Assembly (NCBI RefSeq): GCF_001949145.1
Contig: NW_019091362.1
Coordinates: forward strand, 999,838 to 1,063,837
Length of the DNA stretch: 64,000 bases
Direction of reading: 5' to 3'
Origin: Acanthaster planci
Lineage: Eukaryota
Made by a program: the position numbers and the translations under genes. Positions 50,219 through 63,500 of the stretch are shown here, piece by piece (within the stretch, counting starts at the first letter, position 1; every line of letters begins with the position of its first letter). Below the pieces are notes generated by a model that was not told the DNA's origin, did not search any database, and was given only the letters and a program-made list of their open reading frames with translations.

Positions 50219-53200
50219 GTCCAAATTACATGTATCTGCACTTTTCATTCGGAGGTAGTGCTTCCAGATTACTGTATGTCGTTCTTTCCCGTGATGTTTG
50301 GTTTTGTGTAGATTGCTTTCTTTAATCGTGTACGTGCAGGTCATGTTTAAGTTATTTTAGGCAACATTGTACATTGCAATTATAGCCAGAAGACAGAATA
50401 TTGAGCAGGTACGTGTATTAACACATTGAAATTAAAGACACTGATATCTGGCAGGCACACTTAGTGATGTTAGATTTTTCCTTGTGGCAACTTTGTCCGT
50501 TTAGTAATACAAGTACATGTACCTACGAGTACATGTACTTGTAGTAGTTTGGATGCCTTGGGTTCTGCTGCTTTTCTTAAGTGGGCAGCCAAGTGAACCT
50601 AATCACCTCTTCGAAATAGCTTCACCCGAGCGATCAATTACTCGGACAATGAACTTCGGAAATTTAACGATGATTTGTTAGGCTGGGTGGTTAGTGCCTG
50701 TCTAAGCCACTCTTGTCAGAGTCTGGAAGGGTCATTAGATGGCAAGGAAAGTGCAGTCTAACATTTCATTTGCATTTTCTTGGGGGGGGGGAACAAGGTT
50801 CCTGCTTTGATTGTCAGTGGAGAGGAAATTGATTTCATGAGGCACATTTACACAAAGTACTGGTAAATGTAATTTATAGGAACACAGGCACTTGAAATTA
50901 CTCATTTACACCAAAATGTCACTGTACTTGTGTGCAGATTTTCATTTACATATTAGTCTCATTGCAGTCGTAGACTTTTCTTAAGCCTTTGTCAGTCTTA
51001 AAATTCAGGTGCTAATTTTGAATTCTTCATACATATTTATAGTTTGCAAACTGCTAAAAATAAGATATGCAGCTTGTTTAGGAAATGGATGAAAGTTATT
51101 TTTCAGTTGACACGCCACAAAGGGAATCTCCACAAAGCCAGGCCTGCAAGCTGTAAATTAGATTGGATCATAAATATTTTACCTCTTGATTGAATTATGA
51201 TTGGTTGTCTGTGTGGAGTCATCTACCGTATGTGGCGTCTGAATGGTTGGGGTTGATTTTTTGACAATTGTATGGTTGAACCTGCTTGCACTATTTGCCC
51301 ACTCTGAGTGGACGCTGTGTGTCAATGTACTCAGTTCCCTTTGTGAAAGTACAGTGGCCACTTGTTCAGCTGCCAGTGGTTTGAGCACACTCTGTGCATC
51401 ACTGCATGTGTATGGTGTACACCTAGAGCCTGCTTCCTCATGCTTGACATCATGAAAAACCAGTCAAGACTCAACATATCTGTGGTTTACATTTACACTA
51501 AACCTTGGGAAGATAAGGGTCCTAGGTTGAGGGAAAAATCTTGTTCTTCAAAAGCTTTTATGCACATTGGCAAGAGAGTGGAATGACTTGCAAGAGCAGA
51601 TAACCTGGATATTAAAGCTTTCTGCAGTTGATAGGAGCAATCCCTCCCTCCCCCGCTCTGTTCTGAGTGATGCTCCTCAAGTTGAGTACATGTACCTACT
51701 GTGTCTAGATATTGTGGCCTCACATGTTTTCTGCTGAAATGAATGAGGGCAGTGTTTAAGGTCGTGCTGGAAGCAAGTGGCCGTGGTTGGGTACCACACA
51801 CACATCAATGGGAAGTGGCTGCAGTCGCCAGCCAGTGGTTATCCACTGACCATCGTGTTCTCAACTCTAGCCACAACTTTTGGACTGAATCTTAATAGAA
51901 CTAAACCTACAGTGTACATGTAAATGCACTGGTACATTAGCTAGAAATGTTGGCTTCCATTTCAAATTAGTGAGCTTGAACCCTGGAAGGCTTTGATACT
52001 TGAACATGAATTAGGCAAGAATGCCATAAAAGAAATGAACAGATATGGGTATGCAGCACATTTATTGTGTAAATTTGAGCCAAACCTAACCTACATGTAC
52101 ATTTTGCAGTTGCAAAATGCATTATAAACACTTGGAATCACATGCATATATGTTGAGTAATTGCCCAATCATGATATGGTATTCATTTTATGGCATGTTC
52201 TTCATAAAATGGACCAAAATGCAACTCCGGATGTCACTTTTCAAAATTTCTAAAAGAGTGACTTTGATCATGTAAAATACAAATTAGCACCTTCAGATTT
52301 ATAAAAATGATTATTTGGGGATAATTAGGCACACTGTGCTCATTTGGTGGACATTTGGTTGGCTACCAGTGCAAATCAAATGGAGTTGAATTCATTTAAA
52401 GTTTTATGTCAAAGTGTTTACACCAGAGGACTTGATTTCAAAACTTCTCTCAAGAAGAAGGAGAATTCAGTATAATTTTTGACTGATGTATTTTAAAGCA
52501 CCTAAAATATAACTAAAAATATAAACTGCAAAAAAAGGGCACAAAATTGATGGAAAATGGTGAGAAAAGTTTGGCTCTACCTTTCAACCACTGAAAATTA
52601 TCTTTAAGTTTGGCTGCATCCAAAATTTATAATGACTACAGTGTGTTCCTTGCGAGAATGCCGAAAATACTGTCACATGTAGTGCTTGAAAATTCCTTGT
52701 GCAACATTCATTTTGCCACTTATTTTGGAGATATCCCCACTGAAAATTAAATCAAAATTAACAACTCTGAGCATTAGATTTTCATCATGAATTGTATTTT
52801 CTGTCTCGGATGTCTTTTTTTTTCGAACGTCATTCAGAATGACCAATTTTCTTTCAAGAAACCTTGGTCCGAAGAGAAAAATCGTGGAGCATCGCCACTC
52901 CTTGGAGGGGCTCATGAATATTAAATGCAAAAAGAGGGTCACTATCTGGGTTGATGTCAAAGGTCAAACAGGCCACAATGCAGGGGAACGTTTCTCTAAC
53001 GGCACTGTGAGAGAATGACGGAAGCTGCAAAATTGCCACTACCAGTATTTTGGACTGCAGTTTTCGGAAACGTACTTGAAGTAAGTGTGGTTGGTCCAGT
53101 CATAAAAGGATGATGGTTTGGCGGTTTTTTGCACTTTTTTAAAGCTTGTGTTGTACATTGATTTGGATTTTACTCGCTGGTTTTTTTTTGTTTTTTTTGG

Positions 53201-54941
53201 CAGTTGATTTTTTGACACTAATGACAGAATCGAATGACATTTGCGACTGCCGACTAAGGGATCTTATTACTTGTGAGAGGTATTTTTAATTTCGTGATTA
53301 TGGTTTTAATATGTATAAATATTATCACCTTTCACCATGTAATCTGTGTAAAATAACCGCAGGGATTATCACTCCTCGGTAAATTTTATTGGCTAGGATT
53401 TCAACAGGTTGTTGACGTCCGTCAAATATGCTGACGTTCGAGACTTTGATTAATTAACTCCAATTAAGTTGAAAGATGGACACGGTCATCATTGTTCCAG
53501 ATACCAGCCATGACTTCCCTCATACATCAGACATTGGGAATTCATTCATTGCTGTTCACTTCAGGAGAAATGAACCCCCAAAGTTGAACATTATCTAATG
53601 GTCCATATCTTGAGAAACCTGCCTTATACAAGTTACATGTGTGGTATCCTTACATGCAGATGGATATTAATACATGCAACAGCTGTTAATCATTTAAGGC
53701 TAAGGGAAAATTAATGTTTTGGTAATTACTCTGTAGTGTGATGTCTGGGCACCAGAAAAACACACAGACTGGCCTGCCTGTTCCACCGTGCATGGGTTTG
53801 AAAAGTTTCATTTATACAAAAAAATAGATAATTTCAAAAAAACTTGTTTGAAACATCTAATATGGTAAAGGGTTTTGCTTATAATATTCTGAACTTATTC
53901 AGAGTTCTGCTGAAAATCTGCTTAAAATACTCATTCTGTTAAATTTTCTGTCAAAAGCATTTTTTCCCCCAAAAGATTCTGTCACATGTAGCCAAAAATC
54001 TGCTGAAAAGGTCACCATGGTAGGTGTGTTGATTTGTTATGCCGCCCTCTGTTGCTTGATGTTTGCCTGGAAATCTATTTTTTCTTTCAGAAATGTTGTT
54101 TTGGTACCGGTACATGCAGCCTTGCGAAGAGAGCCCCCTGGTGTTCAGTTTGACTCATTCCCGTGAATGTTACCAAGCTGTGTTTTATGGCATTTTATGG
54201 CATAACAATCTTCATGATGATGTCCCACTTATTGAAAGTATAACAGGAAGTCCAGGCAATACTGCCACTCTGAGTTCCTTTATTGCTTCAGAGATTTAGA
54301 TTTATTGTCTGGGACTTGTTTATTTGGCACAAAGAGTTTCAGGAATTGGAACATTTCCGTGAATGAAGTTACAGTGATGGACATGACATGTATATTTAGA
54401 CAGGCTTTTGTCTTGGATTAAGATACAGGTATCTGCCTATCCCTTCCTAGCCAAAGTGAAAAAATGTTTTTGAAACTGACACCCCCAGGTGCTACTGGTA
54501 AATGAGGCCATGTTTCCATTCTACCCTAGTATTTTGGAAGAAAATACGATTTAATCACCAGTGTTGCAGACTTTTGTCTAAAAAAATAGGGGTTTGTAAA
54601 TTTTGAACAAGGAAACCTGTCTTTCCAAACTTGGCTTTGCCTGCCTTTAAGACAGTTGGCCAGGTGGCTATGTAAAATCCTTGTTCTATGATTAGACACT
54701 GGATCATACTACCCATAATTGTGCATACACATGTATATATATTTTTACATGGGTTCGTGTGTTTGACAGATATTTCTGTACTTCTCATTCTGCTCCAAAA
54801 CCTGGCCGTGGTCTTTTTGACAAAATCTCTGAACTGTTGTCTTCTGAGCTGCATGTACATGTATACATGTACACATTTCAGTGTTAAAAATGTTTTTAGA
54901 AGTATGCAATTAAGGATTGACTTCTTTCCAAATGGCCTGCC

Positions 54942-55406
54942 AATAAGCCACTTGCGAGTTAAATTTGAATAAAATCTGGTACACTGTTTTATTTGATTGC
55001 ACAGAAACATAACAATTTGAATCTCCCAGACTAAAGACACTTTTGCTATACCTCGTGATTCGGGGCAAGCTTTTGCATAGCAACCACCCGTCCCTGGAAT
55101 GGACTGGCTCCTTTGTGCCATTCTTATCTCTTATGTGACTAAACAAAAGCTTGCCCCAAATCTGGAGGTGTAGCAACAGTTATACCCAGCAAGAAATGAG
55201 ACCAAGGGGTACCCCCCCAACTGTTCAATCCCTATANNNNNNNNNNNNNNNNNNNNNNNNNNNNNNNNNNNNNNNNNNNNNNNNNNNNNNNNNNNNNNNN
55301 NNNNNNNAATATGGCAACAGTGGTTGTAGTATGGAGAATTCACGATGTTATGTTCACATGAATTTAAAGAACTCAGTTTACCAGATTTTATTCCAAATGG
55401 CTTATT
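54942..55406. mobile_element. MITE family A, second copy, interrupted by an insert and an N gap
   Basis: Long near-identity to 10536-10900 on both sides of the gap. Confidence 0.85.
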
Positions 55407-58400
55407 TAGTCCTGCCCACAGATTTGGAAAGAATACCTGCCTCGTCCTTGGGGCATCCAATTAACAACAAGCACCTGATGGTGATCTAATCCCCCACCAA
55501 CGGTGCCACTGGCCCTGACCGATCAGCAGACCATTTAGGGAATCAAAAGCCAGCAGGGGCTGGAGCTGTCCAGACAACTCACCAGAGACCTTGCCCTGTG
55601 TGTGCCCCTGTCTGCGCTATGGGCTGACCCTGCCCTCAAAAATCCTTGGGGGGGCCAGATTAGACAAGGATATCTATTGACAGAGTAAAGCCTATATACA
55701 TTTATGCAGTAGGTACGTCAGAACAATAATCAATACTGTCTGAGACTGGTCTGAGTTTTAGAGGTCTTTATGATGCAACTTCCCTTGAACGTGATGAATG
55801 GGCTCCTCAAGAATTTGCGTTTACTGTTCAAAGGACACCTTTTTTTCAAGTGTGTATTTTAATGTAACCACTGGTCATGTTGTGAAAACATTGCTTTTAG
55901 AAGTTAGATTGTATGCCAGCCATTTACATGTACTGTGTGCTTCAGTGAAGGTGCACTATAAAAATGAGAAACTTTAATTTCTTGGTCCAAAATGTAGGAG
56001 ATGGGCATTTGCATGTCTGTCCAGTCTCTCCCAAAACCAATGTTATGGAGCTTCTGAGCACAGAATTTTACTGAGCAAAGCAAAGAGTTTCTTCAGCAGT
56101 AACAGGTTACTTGGTGATACGCTACACTATTTACTTGTACATTACATGTACGTTTTGCCACTCACAGATGTTACTGTTGATGGTCACTTGCGTAGCTAAC
56201 CCATGCTCGCTGCCCTGTGAAATTTGAAACCAACATTTTCAGGTACTCTAGGGTATTTGTGCAAGTAGGTTGACAACTGAGAAGGTTGTTTCAATGTGGA
56301 CTCAAACTATGACATGCATGTTGTCACAGTAACAGTGTCTCACAAAATAACAACCATGCCACTATTATCTTTACGTATAAAAGGGTTTCCCTTCTTATTC
56401 GTCCATGCTTGGACTGAGAGTTACATGTATGTATATCCAGAAATAGTCAAGTGAGTGCTACACATATGTTCACTTATCTTAATTCTAAATATAACTTCAT
56501 GCTATCCCTAGAGAATTACATGTTCTTAATGATATACATGTACATGTACCTGAGCTGTACAGATCATCTTGCATGTACACGTATTCGTGGGCTTGTAACC
56601 TTACACATCTATATTATATCTTTGAGGACACCTCAATATCCAATGTGTCTGGCGCTCATTGATTTCCATATTGACTCTCCCAAATTGCTGAAGGATAAGG
56701 CCTTCCTGACTTAATGAGCCAGTCTGTTTAATCAGCCTATTGAAGCTTGTTTGCTAATGGGATGTGGCCACCAAGATGTGGTCACGTTCTGTTCCTGTTA
56801 CAAGACCACAGCTGACTGTTGTGGGAGGGGGGGTGATGTCATCATGCTGCCTGTTAGTGCTGCTTGTGTTCTTGTAGTACCACTGATAAATTATTACCAG
56901 GTTTTTTTTCAGGCTTAAGCAAATCTTGTGCTTAAGCAGCCATTTGAAATTTGAAAACCTGTAGCCTTGTGTAGGCCCAGCCTGTATGCACCTTTTATAT
57001 TAAGATCAATTCTTGACTTGAGAAGCACTCAGTAATAGACATGTACATGTATGCCTACCCTTCTTTTTGAAGCATTTCACCAACTGACCTGTACATTTAC
57101 TGTATGATTAGGGTGCATCACCAGTACATGTGTACATGTATGTACATGTGTACCTTGAGAAAAGTAAATTAAAAATGTATTTACTGCTGATTCATTGGAG
57201 TTCTAGTTGCAGTAGTAGCTAGATATTGTAGTTATTGGCTGCAACAGGGCTCTGGATAAGAAAACACACACACACAAGTGTGTATTTGCCTGCAACTGGG
57301 GACCCCCTATTGTTCCTCTTTTGTTTGTACTTAAACTATTTTAGAAGACCACCCGTATGTTTTGTACACAGTTGTCAATCGGGGACCCTCTGTCAATCGG
57401 GGACCTTATTGTCCTCTATTGTTCAGGGTCCCCAATTGAATGCAGAAACAAACTCACACACACAAATCCTGTGTTTACAAGAAAAAATTGAATTTTACAA
57501 TTTTGGAAAGAAAAATATTACTTGAAAAGTATTTACATGTATGTGAAGAATATAAACTGTATGGGTCTTTTCACCAAGTAGGTCTGTAGACTGCAAGGTT
57601 GTGCAATAGCAGACATTCTCCACACACAAGCATCTGTTTTCTTCCCCTATGGTTGAAGGATACAGATGTTACGTATATTTGCAGTGTGTACAGTTGGTCC
57701 CATTCTAAAACAGCATTTGATGGGATATATTTAAAGCTGGTATTCCTCAATGGTCTGCACTTGAAACATCCTTCAAAAAAGTACTACCACTACGATGTAC
57801 ACCAATGGGTGTAATATTAACACCCTGCCAGCATTATTCAAAATTCTTTATATTCAATGCCATTGAACTCTCTTCCTGTCTCTATTCATCCTCTCAATTT
57901 CATTGAAATAGAACTCTCTCCTGTCAATGGTATCAACAAATCCCCTTGATTTTTGTTGAAGAAAAGGGTTCTTTACCTGATTTCCCCTACAGGCCAACTT
58001 GATAAACACGGGGAAGAAAATCCCACCTCGTGAGAAATATTACTCACAAATATAAGGCCTAGCGGGAATTTAGTTTTGAAGCGGGCCAGTAACTGCCAAA
58101 GAGCCCTCGTGCAAAATACAAGTTACGTAGGTTTATGTGCATTGTGTCAGAGTACATGCTTTCAATAAAGCCCTGTGTGCAAAAGTGTGACATGATTGAA
58201 CCATGGCAACCTTCATTGTTTGCAGAACTAAAGAAAACCTTGACAGAATTTACTTTTGTTGCAGAAAAGAACACTTGGCACTTTTGGTAAACAGTTATTT
58301 CCTGTTTCACTAGACCCAACATGCACAGTGTGTGGGTTTCCAAAATATCACTTCAAAGGAATGTTTGAATAAGGCAAAGTGATTCGAAACTTTGATCAGA

Positions 58401-60689
58401 AATAGATTGTTGTGAACAGCATTTTAAAAAATATTGTATGCATCATTGTATTGTTTTATTCTGTCACATTTGCATTTTGTTCTGTTTTCATAGTCTATAA
58501 GACTCAACAAATTGGATAGTTTCACAGTTCTTTTTATTTGACTCCCTAACTTACGGTAGGTTCCCAGGCTGGACATGTGAGAAAGACCATCCTAACCCCA
58601 AGGCCCTATTTGCTCTTGCACATCCTCAATCCTACAGAATCCATCATTCGCCTTGCCCCCCCTCCCCCAAATGTGTTCATCCTGAAACCTCCAAAATTCT
58701 CCCTTGTTTCATGGATATGCTTCTTGGAGGGGTGATGCCTGTCACAGTCCTTCAAAATCCTCTGGCAATTCCTGCCATTAAGTACTGGCAATGTGAATGA
58801 TACCTGTATCTTGGAGCAGCATGAATGATTTGACAATCGAGGTACATGTACCAGTATGAATTTACATGTATGCGGAGCATAAGCCCACAAGGTCCAATCC
58901 AAGACCTTGACACATCCTTCTGCAATCAGCCACTCTTTTTTTGCCATTCATCCCCATTCATCCAAAATCTTCCAAAACTAACCAGAGGGTTTACTGGTAG
59001 GAGTATTGAGGGTGGTTAGGGTTTAGAATATTATTAGAACCGTGGTCCCCGGTCCGTGTCAACTTATAGTGGGCTGATGCTGTATGCGTTGAATGTACAG
59101 TTACGTGTAGGTCACTACACCATGCTCGATACTGAAGGCTCAGGAAGGTTCCTATAAAATGTATTTAGTGCACTGGGGTTTAGGGTTACACTAATTAAAC
59201 TATGTTGAAGCATTACATGTACATGTATGCTGAGTACAAGTACATGAGTACATTCATTTTCACCGAATGTACCCTTCCATGACCTACATTGTATTTTCAT
59301 TCATTTATGATGTCTTAGCCCATTTCTCTATTTACATGTTCATTGTATTTTTTACAGAGGGTGAACTACTTCTGACAAGTGGCTGAAGTCTTTAATGTCC
59401 TTGATTCAAGAAAAAACTTTCTTTATGACCTCTGGTCCCTTTTTAGCCATACCCTAGTAAGACTGTTTCCTTTTTGATGTGGTCAGTTTATAAATAACGT
59501 AATGCAGATTCAACGAAAAACGAGGGGATGAGGGAATAAAGAACGCATGTTTCACGCTTTGATGAAATTCCCACAATGGCCTTAGCCGGCCTGGCATTTC
59601 TGCGAAGGAGTGTTGCAAAAATATCACGGCGGCTATTTTTGACCGTGACAAAGCGTCCGTCCCGGACCAGATGTAGGTCAGACGAGAGCAAGTGGGGGAA
59701 ACGGATGCAGTGGGCCCGCCATAAAGGAGGGAGGAAACGCAATGATCAAGATTATTTGGGAGAAGAAAGCAAGCTGAATGTCAGCTAAACATGACATTTG
59801 GCTCGGGTGCGAGCGCAGCAGGATGAGGCATGGTCAGCGCAAAGTGCAGATTTCCCCCGTAGCATTTTTCTGAGACAAGGAGGCCAACAGGGTGTCCTTT
59901 TTGAAAAAGGCGATTCTAGATAAGCTGTTTCTGATACTTTCCGGTCTGTCTGCATAGACCTTTTCTTGTTATCACAAGCTTTCAGTGAATCAAGTGATCA
60001 GCATTTGACTTAATTGTGGGCGGGGTACAAGATGCAGATGTACATGCAGTGAATTTATTTGCGAGACCTTTTGATAAAAACAGTTACAATAGGTGCATTT
60101 TTTTCAATATCTTTTTGTTTGGACACGTTAAGCAGTTTGTGCTGAAGTTGTATCATTTCTGATGGAGATCCCCCAAATACAGTAGGAAATCATAATTCAT
60201 CTGTAAGTAGGGGTTGTTCTGTAGGTAAGGATGGGTTGGGTCAGGAATGAGATTCTTCCGACTTCTGGCGGAAGTTCGACTTTCTTATTTTGACTTTGCG
60301 ACTTTAATTTTAAGATCAGTCTTGTACATGTGCTTGAACTCCAACCATGGAAAATTGACATTTTAAGTGCCGACAGTTACATATAATACACTTTCTGACA
60401 TACTGTAGTACTTCAGAAATATATTTTGATGTTCAAGTATCACATATTATAACAATAAATGTTCTGGAATGAAATTTTCAAAACATGGTTTCCTTACTAT
60501 TTTATATCTTCTCCTGTAACGTATTATTTTTATATTAAAACTGTTTTTTCATTCCTCTATAGTAGCACATACGTTAGTGGTACATGTACTTACGTTAACG
60601 TGTTCTTGGGTGCGGTTCAGCATCATCAGCGTGTTACATGTTCAAGTTCTGCCCCAAGTTAGAACTGCAACATTACCGACACAACTTGA

Positions 60690-60965
60690 AAGACATTATT
60701 CATCAGGAAGGAGAGGGACATACAAAGGAGATTGACAAAGGCCTTAAAATCCCATGGCGGTGGGAATGGGTGTAAACAAAATCTGGAAGAGTTTCTCTCT
60801 CTGAGTTCATTCGGAAATTGAAGAAGCTGGACAAAGTATTATGCCTGTGGTGCAATACTGATATAAACTATGCATCAAGGGGGATAAGGGCGATCATGAC
60901 TCATGCTGAAACTTTCAAGAAAGTAGCTAGTATCACACTTAAAGAAAAGAATTATGTCATTGAAA
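60690..60965 (+). pseudogene. Decayed DNA-transposon (hAT-like) transposase N-terminal BED-type zinc-finger fragment
   Basis: One frame reads KEIDKGLKIPWRWEWV*TKSGRVSLSEFIRKLKKLDKVLCLWCNTDINYASRGIRAIMTHAETFKK (aromatic motif, CxxC, then H), with in-frame TAA at 60773. A hAT-like terminus CAGGAATGAGATT with (C/T)GACTT repeats lies at 60242-60305. Confidence 0.6.
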
Positions 60966-63440
60966 CCTGTTGGTGTTTCAGCTTTCCACTTGTTTACTTG
61001 TAGTTTTTACGTGTTTACAACTTTGGCTATTAGTGAGAACTAATAGCATGGTTCTCCTGAAGTCCTTAGCTGCATTGATGTGCATGCAGGTCATCCCTGT
61101 TTATCAGTGCAGAAAGTCACTCCTTCCTCCACTAGAAGACCCTCCAAAAGAGGCTTGACTGTTTCCGGCCCTGGTCAGCTGCTTCGCAGCCTCTGCTACT
61201 GCCCCTCCCTGTTGTCAGAGATATGTTATTGTTCATGCTTAAAGGTACACCCTAGGGCCACATTGTTTGTGCTGTTCATCTCTCTTTAATGAGCACCAGG
61301 GGGACTCTGGGCATATTTTCTTGGGGGGGGGGCACCAGCTGAGCTCCCTTGATAAGGCCAGGTCCTTTTCTCTTCTTGTTTTGTTGATTGCCCACACCTA
61401 TTCTGTTGGAGGGGAGTCCTGTTACATTCTCATTTGATGTGCTGTGTGTACCAGGGAGATACCGGTGCTGAAATCTGTGTTCCCTCCAAAAACTTTCTGA
61501 TTTCATTGGTGAAACTTGTCAAAAGGGAAAAAAGTTTCTTCTTTCCCTGTCTCGTCTTTCCTTTTTCCCCTGATATTGTCCTTCTCTTTAATTTTTAGAT
61601 TGAAGAAATTTTGTAATGATTTGGTCTACCCTTTTGTGCCCTAAAATAGTCCTCCTTTCCAATTTTGTAATGAAAAATTTTACAACTTGGAAAGGGAAGT
61701 ATTGAATGATTTCAAATGTTGGGTAACTAGTAGGCTTGCATAAAGGCCCATTCTTGATTGTGTACATAGGCATGCAGACTTCCAAGGACTATTGACTCAC
61801 AGTACTGTTTGGAATGGGCCTAAATGCATGTTTATTTGGACAGCATATCAGATTGGCAGAGGTTATGATTTAGTCATCACTGTCCGTTCATGTATCCTGC
61901 CATTGATGTTCCTGAAGGTGAACAAGGAAGGGGACCTAGTTAATGTGCTTCAGGAATTTGACAGGAACACCAAACAAAGTACAGCCTTGGTGGAAAGAAG
62001 GGGCCCTGATTGACATCTCCTTGGGACCATTGTGTCAGATTACTTTCATGATAGCTCTGCCCAAATTTTGGAGCTTTTCTTTTGGAAAGGAAGAGGGAAT
62101 GGCATAAGGAGTGGTGCCCTTGCTGGACTTGGATTAAATGACTAATTTAAATTATTAATTAAATGACTATAATGACTACATGTAAATGTCATCACATTTG
62201 TCAAATATTTTAAAAAATTTGTCACAAAAACTTACTTTTGTTACATCAGAATTCAGCAACTTGTACATGTACTGTACTAGGATTCATTCATTTGGAACTT
62301 GAACACAGGGAATTGATCCCTTTCACTTTTTATCAGTTTGCTGCTGATGTGGTTTGCTTTCCTCCCTTTAAAAAACCCACAACCACCCCAACCCCACACC
62401 CCACTCCACCCTCACCCGGAGGAAAAAGTCAGGGGGGGGGGCTGCCATGACCACACTTCATTTGACTTGGAAAAGTCTTAAAGGATTTTGTGTTCACGTT
62501 AAATGTTTTTTCATGCAAAATGTTACTAATTGGTTTATTTGTACCAAACGTAAAAATAAGAGCATGCTTATGACTTTGTTTTACACGTGTTGGGCTGTAT
62601 TTGGGAAAAAAAAAAAACAAACCCTCAAAAAGAAAGTCCTAATTTAACTTGATTCAGTGGAATTGTTTTGTTGCATGTCTCGTGAACCAGGACTTACTAG
62701 TAGGTACATGTGTAATTCCAGGTTAATGGTCAAGCATCAATTAATTCAACACCCATTGAGCATCCTTCTGTTTTTCCTGACAGACTCATCAAGTACAGTA
62801 CCAGCAGGATTTTTTAAAGTTAGTCAAATACCCGCATACTTTTCAGTGAAGATCCAACTAGCCTCGCTCAGCAGTCAAGCATGCCCAGTGGTCAAGCATG
62901 ACTGACCTGACTGACCTTTTCATCTCAGGACTTGTCTGCATTCTATGCAAATGGAGCCAGGTGTTACGTAATCCCGTTGATGTCATGGGCAGCTGTATTA
63001 TGATTCACAGTCAGCCCGCAGTGTGTGTGTATGAATATCTTTATTGCATGATGGTACTTACAACACCCAGTAACGTTTTTTCATCAATAGAAAAAAAAAG
63101 AGAGCATATTCAGTGGAGCGACAATTGGTGCATGGCGTAGCTTATCTGGTGCTAGATAACAGGGCCTGCAAAGGGTACTGCTGTTGAGCAAGATTCTATC
63201 CGTCGCAGTTGTGTCTTTGTTGTCAGCAACTCGGAATCTCTTGCCATTCGTGTGTTTTCATGGTGCAGTGAACATTTGCTTCAGAGTTGCCTTGTGATGT
63301 ATATTTTTGTATGCACAACCATTTTGCTTCATCACTGACGTGTAGAAAATATGTGACAGATTACAAAAAGATCATGATTGTGTCTGTTTCCTTTGATCAG
63401 AAATTAAGTAATTGTAATCATTGTTGTTTTTTTCTTGCAG

Positions 63441-63500
63441 GTTCTGAAAAGTTCTTTGTTTGAACTGTTCACTGGTAGAGCACATACATACATGTAGTTG
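63441..63500 (+). other. Candidate 60-nt non-coding (5' UTR) exon
   Basis: Long T-rich tract ending ttcttgcag| and a TTG|GTAAGT donor; stop codons in all three frames. Confidence 0.4.

Noticed and set aside
49652..50325. ORFs of 104-149 aa on both strands
   Set aside because: They are by-products of the inverted tRNA-derived repeat.
52620..52944. Possible DNA-transposon terminus (minus strand begins TAGTGACCCTC...ATATTCATGAG)
   Set aside because: No matching second terminus or TSD was found in the window, so it cannot be supported without a repeat library search.
54555..55121. 188-aa ORF on the - strand
   Set aside because: It runs through MITE family A and TACATG tracts and has no recognisable domain.
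63137..63160. TAGCTTATC, matching the 5' end of miR-21
   Set aside because: Only a 9-nt match, the rest differs, and there is no convincing pre-miRNA hairpin.
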